Sequence record: PZ379181.1
Strand: one strand, 5' to 3'
Source of the DNA: a phage
DNA length: 44,789 bases
Part shown: positions 36,015-44,759 of the stretch, piece by piece
Numbering within the stretch: position 1 is the stretch's first letter
How the letters are laid out: every line of letters starts with the position of its first letter
Notes under the pieces: generated by a model
What the model saw: only the letters and a program-made list of their open reading frames with translations
The model's database searches: none
Told to the model about the DNA's origin: nothing
Translations under genes and position numbers: made by a program

Positions 36015-36568
36015 TTAGCAATTCGTGCTATTTATTACGTGCATTACCAAAGCAGAGGTTCCATCAATATCACCATCTACAACATGAACGTCAATTTCTC
36101 TTGCGCAGACACCGCGAATGTAGGAGCGGCTATCTCCATCAAAAGTATAGCCAGGCCTAAAAAGTCTAATCAAAGTAACTTCAACCCCTGAATCAATGAG
36201 AGTATTAATCTCGCTAGCGAAGCCACCATCAGCACAGATATAGCAACCATCACCAAGTGATTGCGCTAGCCTTTTACCGAAAACATCATCACCAAAGACT
36301 GGCTTCATAACTGACTCACTAATCCAAATCATAAATTCACGAACCGTCATTCCACCAAGAAATTCATGTGGTGATTCTTTGTACTCTCGGTCATCGTAAT
36401 TCTTAATAAATTCATCAAACTCATCGCTTGATAGTATTCCTTTTGCAACATTAAACATTGGTGACTTGAATGAAACCTTATCCTTGCAAATTCCAAGATT
36501 AACAATGATATCTGCAACTGTATCTTTTCCAGCACCAGGGGTGCATTAAGGATGATTAACTTTTTCAT
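36015..36568 (-). CDS. dNMP kinase-like P-loop kinase, frameshifted
   Basis: N-terminus MKKLIILNAP; P-loop PGAGKDT and the rest of the protein are in the -1 frame after a 4-nt run (plus-strand GGGG 36538-36541); resembles T4 gp1 dNMP kinase. Confidence 0.55.
36016..36030 (-). promoter_or_regulatory. TAGCA-N5-TGCTA operator/promoter module
   Basis: TAGCAattcgTGCTA; contains the kinase stop codon; hairpin GCCGGAGTAATCCGGC and CATAAT at +23. Confidence 0.55.
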
Positions 36569-36569
36569 T

Positions 36570-37043
36570 TTATTCTCCGTGAGATTCGCAGTCTTTTGGT
36601 AATTCTTTATATTCACAAACTGACATTACAGTATATCCGCAATTCCTTAGGTGACTGATAACATTAGGATTATCCTCAAAGATTATCACACTTGCTTTGT
36701 CACCATTACACAAATCATTTAGCCACATCTCTTTAATGATATAGTCATTTCTGTTATCCAATCTACTCCTCATATATATTCCATCATAATTAATATTATT
36801 ATACTGAAGCCATTCAAGCGTCATACATTCGACTTCGTCACTTCTTGAAGTCATGATGTAAACTGGCGATAACTCAGCTAACGCATTCATCATGTTTATC
36901 ATTGGAATTATCGGTGAATCTCCAGAACAGGCTCTATTGTAATCACTCCAACTTGAAGTCAAGTGAAGGTCACTAGATGGTAAGAGGTGGCTTCTATGTT
37001 CATTGTTAGCAATAGTTCCATCAATATCAAACACGTAAATCAT
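36570..37043 (-). CDS. HAD-family phosphatase
   Basis: 157 aa; N-terminal FDIDGT motif (DxDGT); ends 1 nt before kinase start. Confidence 0.65.
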   Translation of the reverse strand: MIYVFDIDGTIANNEHRSHLLPSSDLHLTSSWSDYNRACSGDSPIIPMINMMNALAELSPVYIMTSRSDEVECMTLEWLQYNNINYDGIYMRSRLDNRNDYIIKEMWLNDLCNGDKASVIIFEDNPNVISHLRNCGYTVMSVCEYKELPKDCESHGE

Positions 37044-37101
37044 TACAACTCCTCATCTCGTTATCGTTTATTCATTTTGCCTCAATCCTTTGAGGCTTTA
37101 T

Positions 37102-37116
37102 TAACAAAAAATGCTA
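37102..37116 (-). promoter_or_regulatory. Operator/promoter module (TAACA variant)
   Basis: TAACAaaaaaTGCTA; hairpin GCCTCAAAGGATTGAGGC; RBS GAGGAG before ATG 37043. Confidence 0.45.
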
Positions 37117-38250
37117 TTACTTAAACATTTCAGGTCGGCAAGTGAATCGACCAACTTCACCGTACTCTGAGCTATAGATAATTACTGAGGCCTGACGATA
37201 AGAGCGATACCCTCCGTTTGCGCTGTACGCATCTTTAGCACCCAACTGACCGTGTGACTCATCAATTCCAAGATTACCCTCAGTAACCGTCTGATGATGA
37301 TAATGGCCACTATGTGTATAAACGTATTCAGCATTACCAAATGCTTTGCGATGGTCGCGCGCAAGAGTTGAAAGACGAGTGTCAGGCTTTCGCAATTCAT
37401 GACCATGGCAGTAACCCAACAATGTTTTACCAAACTCCGTCACGTGAAGAGCGGCTGGTGAGGCATCAACATTTACACGAGGCTCATCCATGTAGAAGGC
37501 AGCCATTGCAGCTCGAAGCCAAATCATCCCAGAAAGGTCGTGGTTGCCTGGTATAATCTGAACCTCAACCTCTTTATGCTTGTCAAGCATCTTACTGACG
37601 GCGCGGCGAGTTGCACGAACAGCTACGTAGACAAGTTTATGATAACGGCTATCTTGATCAAGTACGTGCTTGCTGGTTGGAGTTACAGCTTCCATTCCAT
37701 CCGAGTGAAGGAAGTCTCCACCAATCAGTAATACGGCTTTTGATGAATTCGGGGCCTTAGCAACTGCATAATCAAAGTATTGGTTAAGCACTCGCTCTGC
37801 AATTTCTGTACTGTAGTTCTCCCCACACTCTGCATGGTGAGCCATTGCGCCAATATGCATATCAAACACGGGGTAGAGGCTCAAGGTGTCCTCATAGCTT
37901 GATTCACTGAGTGGTTTCGGAGTCTCTCGAGGGAGCTCATCTGTAAGCGCCTGAACAATCTGCTGAAGCATCTCTTCTTGTTTCTGTTCGTCGATGGAAG
38001 TTTTAACCCAGCGAAGCTTCTCATTACCATCCGCATCAATCATTGTTGAAGTGCCTTTAACAAGATAGCCATCAGGAACTAGCTTCTTGATGCCTTCATT
38101 ACCATGCCCAACCCCACTCTTAGCCAACTTGCTACGACGAAGCTCAACGTTTCGAATGTTCATTCCGTACTTCTCTGCAATCGCCTTGTTAGTCAGGCCG
38201 TTTTTCAGTTCTTCGATCAACTGCTCGGTGGTAATTTTTGCTGCTGCCAT
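37117..38250 (-). CDS. Metallophosphoesterase with N-terminal HTH domain
   Basis: 377 aa; DMH, GDFLHSDG, GNHD, GHEL, HSGHYHH motifs (calcineurin-like); N-terminal TNKAIAEKYGMNIRNVELRR is HTH-like. Confidence 0.65.
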   Translation of the reverse strand: MAAAKITTEQLIEELKNGLTNKAIAEKYGMNIRNVELRRSKLAKSGVGHGNEGIKKLVPDGYLVKGTSTMIDADGNEKLRWVKTSIDEQKQEEMLQQIVQALTDELPRETPKPLSESSYEDTLSLYPVFDMHIGAMAHHAECGENYSTEIAERVLNQYFDYAVAKAPNSSKAVLLIGGDFLHSDGMEAVTPTSKHVLDQDSRYHKLVYVAVRATRRAVSKMLDKHKEVEVQIIPGNHDLSGMIWLRAAMAAFYMDEPRVNVDASPAALHVTEFGKTLLGYCHGHELRKPDTRLSTLARDHRKAFGNAEYVYTHSGHYHHQTVTEGNLGIDESHGQLGAKDAYSANGGYRSYRQASVIIYSSEYGEVGRFTCRPEMFK

Positions 38251-38331
38251 TTTTAAGTCCTTAGTTCATCACGATAAAATATAAGATAGTAAAGCTAACC
38301 AGTGGTGCTAATGCTACTAGGGCTACATATT

Positions 38332-38583
38332 TCATTCAACCTCTTTCAACCAAAAGTCCAACAAAGTAGCACAAATTGCTAATTTCTTGTCCAGGTCAGT
38401 CATGCACAGGTTTCCACATGATGGTGAATAATAAATCTGTACCCACTTGCCATCTTTAGTCTTCGCATTAACATCTACGTAGTCAGGAGGAAACCAGTCA
38501 GAAATAGGGATTGCTCTAAACTTATTCCCACTACTACCATGTACTAAGTCATAATGCCCAGGCTGAAAATCTAATCCCAACAT
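38332..38583 (-). CDS. hypothetical protein (83 aa)
   Basis: ATG start. Confidence 0.4.
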   Translation of the reverse strand: MLGLDFQPGHYDLVHGSSGNKFRAIPISDWFPPDYVDVNAKTKDGKWVQIYYSPSCGNLCMTDLDKKLAICATLLDFWLKEVE

Positions 38584-38585
38584 AA

Positions 38586-38828
38586 CTAAACCTTCGTTAT
38601 CTTAAATTTGAATCCCTGTTCTTTCAGGAACTCATTCGTGTTTATCGTGACGCCAGGTTTAACACTGACATACTTGCGCGGCCTTTCATCCATGTACGTA
38701 AACTTACCGTTGAAGATGACACTGATATCTTTTATATCGAAGTACTTAGATATCATCTTAATGTCGTCCTGAATGCCAGCCTCTGCGCAGTGGGCCCAGA
38801 CTGCGGCCCGTCCTGTTTCAACTATCAT
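38586..38828 (-). CDS. hypothetical protein (80 aa)
   Basis: ATG start. Confidence 0.4.
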   Translation of the reverse strand: MIVETGRAAVWAHCAEAGIQDDIKMISKYFDIKDISVIFNGKFTYMDERPRKYVSVKPGVTINTNEFLKEQGFKFKITKV

Positions 38829-38950
38829 AAGCCGTATGCCAATTTCAGGTATTCACGCGCACACATCCAATGCTCTTCTGATTGAAACTCAACTGCAAAC
38901 TCAGTAAAATGTTGGGCAATCCTAAACATCTCCTTATCTACGATTTTCAT
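38825..38950 (-). CDS. hypothetical small protein (41 aa)
   Basis: Hand-translated; overlaps both neighbours by 1-4 nt. Confidence 0.3.
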   Translation of the reverse strand: MKIVDKEMFRIAQHFTEFAVEFQSEEHWMCAREYLKLAYGL

Positions 38951-39171
38951 TATTCAAAATCCTCCGGGCAATCTTTTTTCATTTCCGCAATGTCTGCAAC
39001 CATGCGTTCGCGCCATGTTTCGATGTCCGTTCGCAAGTAATCTTCTTCAAAGCTGTAATCAAGGCATCCTGCTAAAAACCATGAGTCACCTTTATAACCA
39101 GCATTGTGTAGCTCCTGAACCCCCATTGCCTGAAATAGTTCCCATTGTTTGTCAAATGTTAAAATTGCCAT
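38950..39171 (-). CDS. hypothetical protein (73 aa)
   Basis: ATG start. Confidence 0.4.
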   Translation of the reverse strand: MAILTFDKQWELFQAMGVQELHNAGYKGDSWFLAGCLDYSFEEDYLRTDIETWRERMVADIAEMKKDCPEDFE

Positions 39172-39176
39172 TACTC

Positions 39177-39371
39177 TTATACCTCATCAAATTTTTCGCC
39201 GAATTCGTTTTTAACAGTTTCCAGATCATATCTGTAAGTTGGGCTAACTTCGAATGCATATGTGCAGTCTTCAATGTCAACCAAAACATAACCATCTTCA
39301 GTTACTTGCATCTCGTAGATGTAGCCAGTCTTGCGTGATTCGTAGAATTTACCAGTATAGATAGTAGCCAT
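39177..39371 (-). CDS. hypothetical protein (64 aa)
   Basis: ATG start; operator module upstream. Confidence 0.4.
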   Translation of the reverse strand: MATIYTGKFYESRKTGYIYEMQVTEDGYVLVDIEDCTYAFEVSPTYRYDLETVKNEFGEKFDEV

Positions 39372-39437
39372 TTTCTTTCTCTCTTTGTGTGTTTCGTTTC
39401 GATGAGTTGATAATACACCAACTCACCAATTCGTCTT

Positions 39438-39452
39438 TAGCAATTCGTGCTA
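39438..39452 (-). promoter_or_regulatory. TAGCA-N5-TGCTA operator/promoter module
   Basis: TAGCAattcgTGCTA; contains the VRR-NUC gene stop codon. Confidence 0.5.
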
Positions 39453-39869
39453 TTTTCTTATCATCTCTGCGAATGCCGCAAGAAAACCCTCTCTTCCATA
39501 AGCCACCGCTGCGAAACCGCCTGATTCCCTTACGCTTTTTAGGAATGACTTTTGCTCATTGCTAACTGGGCTTGCTTGCGTTTTACCAGCCCTCTTTAAC
39601 TCTATGGCGCCAAATGGATAACCGCCACGCAATGACTCAGGTATCAGAAATAAGCAGTCTGACACACCTTTGAGAAGCCCCTTGGCTTGGTCTTTTCTTG
39701 CTTGACCAATGCTCTTTTTATTTTCGTTAATCGTGTGCCAGTAAACAATCTGCGGATAGTTGTATTTCACCCAATCAGAGCAGAAGATTTGTTCATCGTC
39801 TTCCTTTGGGCATGACTTCACCGGTCCGCCATAGAACTCGAGGTAATCACCTTTGTCTGTGATTTTCAT
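39450..39869 (-). CDS. VRR-NUC domain nuclease
   Basis: 139 aa; GVSDCLFLIP...GAIELKRAG matches the PD-(D/E)XK VRR-NUC pattern; directly downstream of helicase. Confidence 0.6.
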   Translation of the reverse strand: MKITDKGDYLEFYGGPVKSCPKEDDEQIFCSDWVKYNYPQIVYWHTINENKKSIGQARKDQAKGLLKGVSDCLFLIPESLRGGYPFGAIELKRAGKTQASPVSNEQKSFLKSVRESGGFAAVAYGREGFLAAFAEMIRK

Positions 39870-39870
39870 A

Positions 39871-41865
39871 TCAATCCTCCATCGTAAATGATTTGTTGGC
39901 GATAATATCTTGCGACTTCTGATTCTTGCGGTGCGTAATCCTTAGCGGCGCACGGAAAAGATGTGCATTTGTCATAATCATTTTAGCATTACGCAATCTG
40001 CCAATCCTAAAAGCCTCAGTCCTGTTCTCGATGTGAGTTGAGCAAAACGCCTTCCATTTGACAGAACAAACACGATGGTCTGACTCCGGGAAGAATGTTT
40101 CATAAGCTCGGAACTTATCTCCACTATGAGCCATTACCTCATATGAAGCAACGATCCCTGACTGGTTCTTTGTTAACCCAATCTTGAAGTCATAAACTCG
40201 CAACCAGTCCCCCTTACGATACATTTTTCCTGATAACTTAGCATTCGGGTCTATGAGCATCTCACCACAGCATCTGCAATTCTTAGCTGCAATATCATTC
40301 TTCTCACCGCATCCTTTCTTAATGATAGCTTTGGTCTGTGGGTCCGCTATATCTTCACACAGTCTAAACTGAAAGAAGTGCTCACAGCGCTTCCAGTCAA
40401 TTACGTTATTGCAGCGCCTGGCTAATTGAGAGTTCACATAAGAGCATGCCGGACAGATTCTTGGCTTATCACCACGCTTTCTTGCTGACCTAAATTTCTG
40501 GTCTTGTACCTCTTCTATAATTGGGTCGAAGTAAAGTTCAGCCATATCATCAAGCGTTCCAGCAAAATCAAGAACAACATGGTCATCTTTTACCATTCCA
40601 GCTTCTTTGTGCTTCTTCTTAAGGATACGCATACCACGACCAAGCAACTGAATGAGTAGAGTAATGCTACCAACCTTCCTCAGGATAATGCTTGTATCCC
40701 ACGGGGGGCAGTTTACGCCAGTTGTGAGGCAACCAATCTGAAATATGAACTTATATTCTCCGTTGGCTGCCTTCTCAAGTATCTCTCTACGCTTCTTCTC
40801 ACCAGTGGAGTTGGTAACTATCGCCCAAGTAACACCTTCTGGAAGTGCGGCTGCCGCCTCCTCGCAATGCTGTTTGCCAGCGCAAGTTACCAATGCAGCA
40901 TTCCTTGTTTCCATAAACTTAGCAGCAAATCCCATTATCTTTTGTGTCATCGTTTGGTTTTCGTGAATCTTTGCAGCCATCGCATCCATTTCTTTCTTGC
41001 TGAAGTCCTTAACCCCATCACTTCCATCAGGAGTGAACTCACTAAGGTCGTAGCCCAAATCACCAACTTCACCGTAGACAGTAGGAACAACGAACCCCAA
41101 GTCAACAAGGTAGCTGGTTGGCACTTGCATTACAGTTTTGCGCCAGAATCCACGGACATTTGGGTTACTAACTACAATGTGGTCGTTGTTACGGTACGGG
41201 CTGCCAGTCAAACCGAAGATGCGTAGTTCGCGACCATACTTCTCTTTGCAGCGTCTCTTCATCTCAGTAATGATTAGCGTGTACTGCGCACGACCAGTTC
41301 CGAGCAATCCGGTATTCACTCCATCCTTGAAAACCATCTCACCCTTCTTCGTGCTCATCTGCTCGAATGTTTCCTCGTTCTCTTCAGCTTCTACGATATC
41401 CATATGGTCAACCATATGACATTCATCTATCGCAATAACGGCAGGAACATAGTCACCAAGGCCCTTAAACAAGCCGTTAGCAGCCGTGCCCTCACTAGCC
41501 ACTATGGTTGGGTAGTAAACTGATTTAACGTTAAGGCCAGCGCAATAGACGCTATTACGGATGCCGAAGTTACGAAGCTCTTCAGCGTTCTGGCTGATAA
41601 TTTCTGACTGGCGAGAAAGCACCATGTAAGGAAGCCCAAGCTGTTCCATGCGCTTTCCAATCATGGCAAGAATAATTGTCTTACCAGCAGATACAGACAG
41701 GTCTGCGATGAATGGGGCCTCGTACTTTCCAATAGCCTTCCCAATTGCATCAAATGTCACACACTGGAATGGGTAAGGAGTGATTTCTCCAAACTGGTAA
41801 TCTCTCTGAATCTGCTTAATCTTCTCTTGATCGAAGTTGGCTACTAAGCGCTCTACTGGAAGCAT
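39871..41865 (-). CDS. Superfamily 2 ATP-dependent DNA helicase
   Basis: 664 aa; Walker A SAGKT, DECH box (AIDECHMV); Cys-rich C-terminal region. Confidence 0.8.
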   Translation of the reverse strand: MLPVERLVANFDQEKIKQIQRDYQFGEITPYPFQCVTFDAIGKAIGKYEAPFIADLSVSAGKTIILAMIGKRMEQLGLPYMVLSRQSEIISQNAEELRNFGIRNSVYCAGLNVKSVYYPTIVASEGTAANGLFKGLGDYVPAVIAIDECHMVDHMDIVEAEENEETFEQMSTKKGEMVFKDGVNTGLLGTGRAQYTLIITEMKRRCKEKYGRELRIFGLTGSPYRNNDHIVVSNPNVRGFWRKTVMQVPTSYLVDLGFVVPTVYGEVGDLGYDLSEFTPDGSDGVKDFSKKEMDAMAAKIHENQTMTQKIMGFAAKFMETRNAALVTCAGKQHCEEAAAALPEGVTWAIVTNSTGEKKRREILEKAANGEYKFIFQIGCLTTGVNCPPWDTSIILRKVGSITLLIQLLGRGMRILKKKHKEAGMVKDDHVVLDFAGTLDDMAELYFDPIIEEVQDQKFRSARKRGDKPRICPACSYVNSQLARRCNNVIDWKRCEHFFQFRLCEDIADPQTKAIIKKGCGEKNDIAAKNCRCCGEMLIDPNAKLSGKMYRKGDWLRVYDFKIGLTKNQSGIVASYEVMAHSGDKFRAYETFFPESDHRVCSVKWKAFCSTHIENRTEAFRIGRLRNAKMIMTNAHLFRAPLRITHRKNQKSQDIIANKSFTMED

Positions 41866-41933
41866 TTTAAATATCCCGACATTTTGTTAGTTCGTTGCAT
41901 TGCTGTATAATAACAACTATCGACCCTATTGTT

Positions 41934-41948
41934 TAACAAAAAATGCTA
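41934..41948 (-). promoter_or_regulatory. Operator/promoter module (TAACA variant) between divergent helicase and HTH genes
   Basis: TAACAaaaaaTGCTA, 14 nt upstream of the HTH gene ATG and upstream of helicase gene. Confidence 0.45.
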
Positions 41949-41961
41949 TTGAGGTAATGAG

Positions 41962-42435
41962 ATGTGTGAAATTGACAAGCGAACTATCAACGGCAATAAC
42001 GGAACCATCCGCACGCAAGACAAGAAACAGCGCAAACGACCGTCAGGCTACTACGTATTGAAAGATGAAGTAAAGGCTGGGCTAAGAGCTCGTCTGGAGA
42101 TGGTTCTTGACTTCTACGGCACGAAGGCCAATATCGCCAAGCAGTTAAATGTATCTCACCAGACTGTAGAACAATGGTTTGATCGCGGTATGATTTCGGC
42201 TCGAGGCGCCCAGCGAGCACATAATGCGTACAAGAGAAATAAGGGAGGGTTCCGAGCTACTTTCTGCCGACCAGACCTGCAATTTGACGGTAACGGTAAG
42301 CCTCTGACGCTTAGATGCAAGAAGCGCCACATGCTACGCGTGGTTACTGAGGCTGAACTAGCAACAAAGCCACCTTGTCGACCGTGGCGCAAGAATAAGA
42401 TTGCCAACGAAGCCGCACGAAAAGCTAAAGAGTAA
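41962..42435 (+). CDS. HTH DNA-binding protein (Cro/YdaS-like), candidate regulator
   Basis: 157 aa; TKANIAKQLNVSHQTVEQWFDRG helix-turn-helix; basic C-terminus. Confidence 0.55.
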   Translation: MCEIDKRTINGNNGTIRTQDKKQRKRPSGYYVLKDEVKAGLRARLEMVLDFYGTKANIAKQLNVSHQTVEQWFDRGMISARGAQRAHNAYKRNKGGFRATFCRPDLQFDGNGKPLTLRCKKRHMLRVVTEAELATKPPCRPWRKNKIANEAARKAKE

Positions 42436-42486
42436 ATAATTGGATGTGCCATAATCGGTACATCCTTTTTTATTGGAGAGAAGAAA

Positions 42487-42966
42487 ATGAACTGGCATGA
42501 TTATTTTTACTATGTAGATGGCAAATTGCATTGGAAGATTAGCACTGCAAGACGTGTTAAGGTTGGCGATGAGTGCAACTCACTATCTACATCTGGCTAT
42601 TACAAAGTGTCTGTTAATGGCTTTAGGACTTATGTACATAGAGTTGTGTGGGAGATGTTTAATGGAGAACTTCAAAATGGCGACTACATTGATCATATAA
42701 ACCATAACAAATTAGATAACAGAATAGAAAACCTAAGAGTAACAACAAATCAAGGTAACTCAAGAAATTGCAAGCTTAGCGTTTTATCAACAACTGGTTA
42801 TTGTGGAGTGGCAAAGCTAAATCACGGAAAATTTAAGGCTCACATCAAGGTTGACGGCAAGCAGCTACACCTTGGGAACTTCGATACTCCAGAGCGGGCG
42901 TATAAAGTAAGAATTGAAGCAGAGGGAAAATACAACTTTCACGAAAATCACGGGTTAAGCAAATGA
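42487..42966 (+). CDS. HNH homing endonuclease with AP2-type domain
   Basis: YVHRVVW...IDHINHNKLDNRIENLR; GGAGAG RBS; ATGA overlap with primase start. Confidence 0.8.
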   Translation: MNWHDYFYYVDGKLHWKISTARRVKVGDECNSLSTSGYYKVSVNGFRTYVHRVVWEMFNGELQNGDYIDHINHNKLDNRIENLRVTTNQGNSRNCKLSVLSTTGYCGVAKLNHGKFKAHIKVDGKQLHLGNFDTPERAYKVRIEAEGKYNFHENHGLSK

Positions 42967-43886
42967 ATTACGATAAGAATGAAGTTATACCTAAGATGGC
43001 CGGATTGTGGAAATCATTTTATGCAAAGGAACTTGGTTGGAATGATAGACACCTAAGTAAGAAGCACGGACCATGCCCATACTGCTTTGGCACTGACAGA
43101 TTCAGATTTACCGACGAAATAGGCAGTGAAAAAGGAAATGGCGCGGCAGTTTGTTCGAAATGCGGAAGTGACTCCGGTATAGGATGGGTCATGAAGTGCA
43201 CTGGATTGTCCTTCGCTGATTCAGTAAATTTGCTTGGTGACTGGCTGAACTTAATACCAATTGAGGTTATAGTTAAAGCAAACAAGCAAGCATCAAGAAC
43301 GCAGCGTTATAAAATTTGCGCTCAAGTAGACCACAAGAAAGTTCTTGAGGTCATGGAGAGGACTCAGCGAGTTGAATCTAGTCCACTCACGACATACGAG
43401 GGTATTTATGACGAGTTTGGTTTTGATGTTGGTATAGCTAAAAATTGTTCAATGATTCACGCAATCCCTTGTTCGATGGTTTATGAAGATGGGCTTAGTG
43501 ATGAGTTCTGTAACGTAATGTTTATTGATGAGGATTCAAATGTTAAGTTCCTTGCTGGTGATTACACTCGTGATTCTGTTTCCGTTATTGGTTCTAAGCT
43601 GGATGATAGTTATACTTATGTTGTTGACAATTATATTGATGGCATACGTGTTCACCTTGCTACTGGTGGGCGCGAAGTGTTTGTTGCTTTCTCCTGTTAC
43701 AATATGGAGATGGTTATCCACCGCGACAAGTCAAGGAAGTTCAGAATTGCTTGCCGTGATTCTGATAGCGATATACTCGCTGTTGCTGACGATAGGGGTG
43801 TTGATGTTGTAGTTCCTAATGACGGTGAGTCATTTAAAACAGGCATACGAAAGAAAGTGTACAAAGCAAACGACTTGCTAAACTAA
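42963..43886 (+). CDS. DNA primase (zinc-ribbon type)
   Basis: 307 aa; CPYCFGTDRFRF...CSKCG zinc-binding motif near N-terminus; next to helicase region. Confidence 0.6.
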   Translation: MNYDKNEVIPKMAGLWKSFYAKELGWNDRHLSKKHGPCPYCFGTDRFRFTDEIGSEKGNGAAVCSKCGSDSGIGWVMKCTGLSFADSVNLLGDWLNLIPIEVIVKANKQASRTQRYKICAQVDHKKVLEVMERTQRVESSPLTTYEGIYDEFGFDVGIAKNCSMIHAIPCSMVYEDGLSDEFCNVMFIDEDSNVKFLAGDYTRDSVSVIGSKLDDSYTYVVDNYIDGIRVHLATGGREVFVAFSCYNMEMVIHRDKSRKFRIACRDSDSDILAVADDRGVDVVVPNDGESFKTGIRKKVYKANDLLN

Positions 43887-43908
43887 CCTCCTTCGGGAGG
43901 TTTTTTAT
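43887..43908 (+). terminator. Rho-independent terminator after primase gene
   Basis: CCTCCTTCGGGAGG hairpin followed by T6. Confidence 0.75.
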
Positions 43909-43934
43909 TGCCTGAAAGATGGTAGAATGAATTT

Positions 43935-43949
43935 TGGCAATTAGTGCTA
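43935..43949 (+). promoter_or_regulatory. Operator-like palindrome upstream of tail fibre gene
   Basis: TGGCAattagTGCTA, 22 nt before ATG 43972. Confidence 0.4.
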
Positions 43950-43971
43950 CTTTACAAATGGAGACTTTACA

Positions 43972-44679
43972 ATGGCAATTTATGACTTAGGAACAGCATC
44001 ACTAGCCTCAAATGGCGAGGTTACTGGCGTAGGTACTACATGGAAAGCACCTCTTACACTGATTCGTGTAGGTGCTACTATCATTTTCAAAACCAGCCCT
44101 CTGAAAATTTACACCATCTCTGAAATCATCAGCGATACTCAGGTTAATGTTTATAATCCAAGTTCTGAAACTGTTCCCGCTGGTACTGGTTACGCAATTC
44201 TTGCTCATGATGGAATTACTGTTCAGGGGTTGGCGCAGGATGTTGCGGAAACATTGCGTTACTACCAGTCAAAAGAGACTTCTATTGAAAGTCTACTGCA
44301 ATTTATCGGGCAAGATACTTTCGATTGGCCTCGCTTCGAGCAGCTTGCAACCCAATCAACCACTGGGGCTGCTGAGGCGCTAGCTAGTCAGATCGCTGCC
44401 GCTGAAAGTGCGAGTGCAGCCGCCTCAGCAAGAGACGCTACGACAGAGGCACGCGATGCTACTATTAGCGCAATTAATAATGCTGGTGACGCCGGAACAT
44501 TAGCAACGCTTGCATCTTACAATATAGCAAACTCAGTAGCAATTAGAGCTACCTCATTTGATTGGCAAACTTACGCATTTAAAAACGGCTCAAAAGTTTT
44601 AGTGTCAAAGTCAGCAATGGTAAACACTCCTTCTAGTGTAAATGACCTTATATCAAGTGCCGGTGCTAGTAAAAGCTGA
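43972..44679 (+). CDS. Tail fibre protein, N-terminal part only (235 aa)
   Basis: Ala/Ser-rich fibre-like N-terminal region; stop codon TGA 44677-44679 is the first 3 nt of the inverted repeat. Confidence 0.5.
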   Translation: MAIYDLGTASLASNGEVTGVGTTWKAPLTLIRVGATIIFKTSPLKIYTISEIISDTQVNVYNPSSETVPAGTGYAILAHDGITVQGLAQDVAETLRYYQSKETSIESLLQFIGQDTFDWPRFEQLATQSTTGAAEALASQIAAAESASAAASARDATTEARDATISAINNAGDAGTLATLASYNIANSVAIRATSFDWQTYAFKNGSKVLVSKSAMVNTPSSVNDLISSAGASKS

Positions 44680-44759
44680 AGCGGCGCACGAAAAACGCGA
44701 AAGCGTTTCACGATAAATGCGAAAACCTAACCCATCATGCAGAACTATGCGGCTAAACA
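44677..44759. repeat. Right copy of 83-bp inverted repeat (partner 1-83)
   Basis: See left copy; 30 nt of unique sequence (44760-44789) follows. Confidence 0.9.

Noticed and set aside
36530-36545. Programmed ribosomal frameshift in the kinase gene
   Set aside because: CCCC followed by U is not a standard slippery heptamer and the P-site tRNA could not re-pair in the -1 frame; sequencing error or mutation is more likely.
1015-43949. Possible CRISPR array or ordinary sigma-70 promoters for the repeated 15-bp motif
   Set aside because: Copies are kilobases apart with no regular spacers, so not CRISPR. No TTGACA-like -35 hexamer lies 17 bp upstream of the -10, so an unassisted sigma-70 promoter is unlikely.
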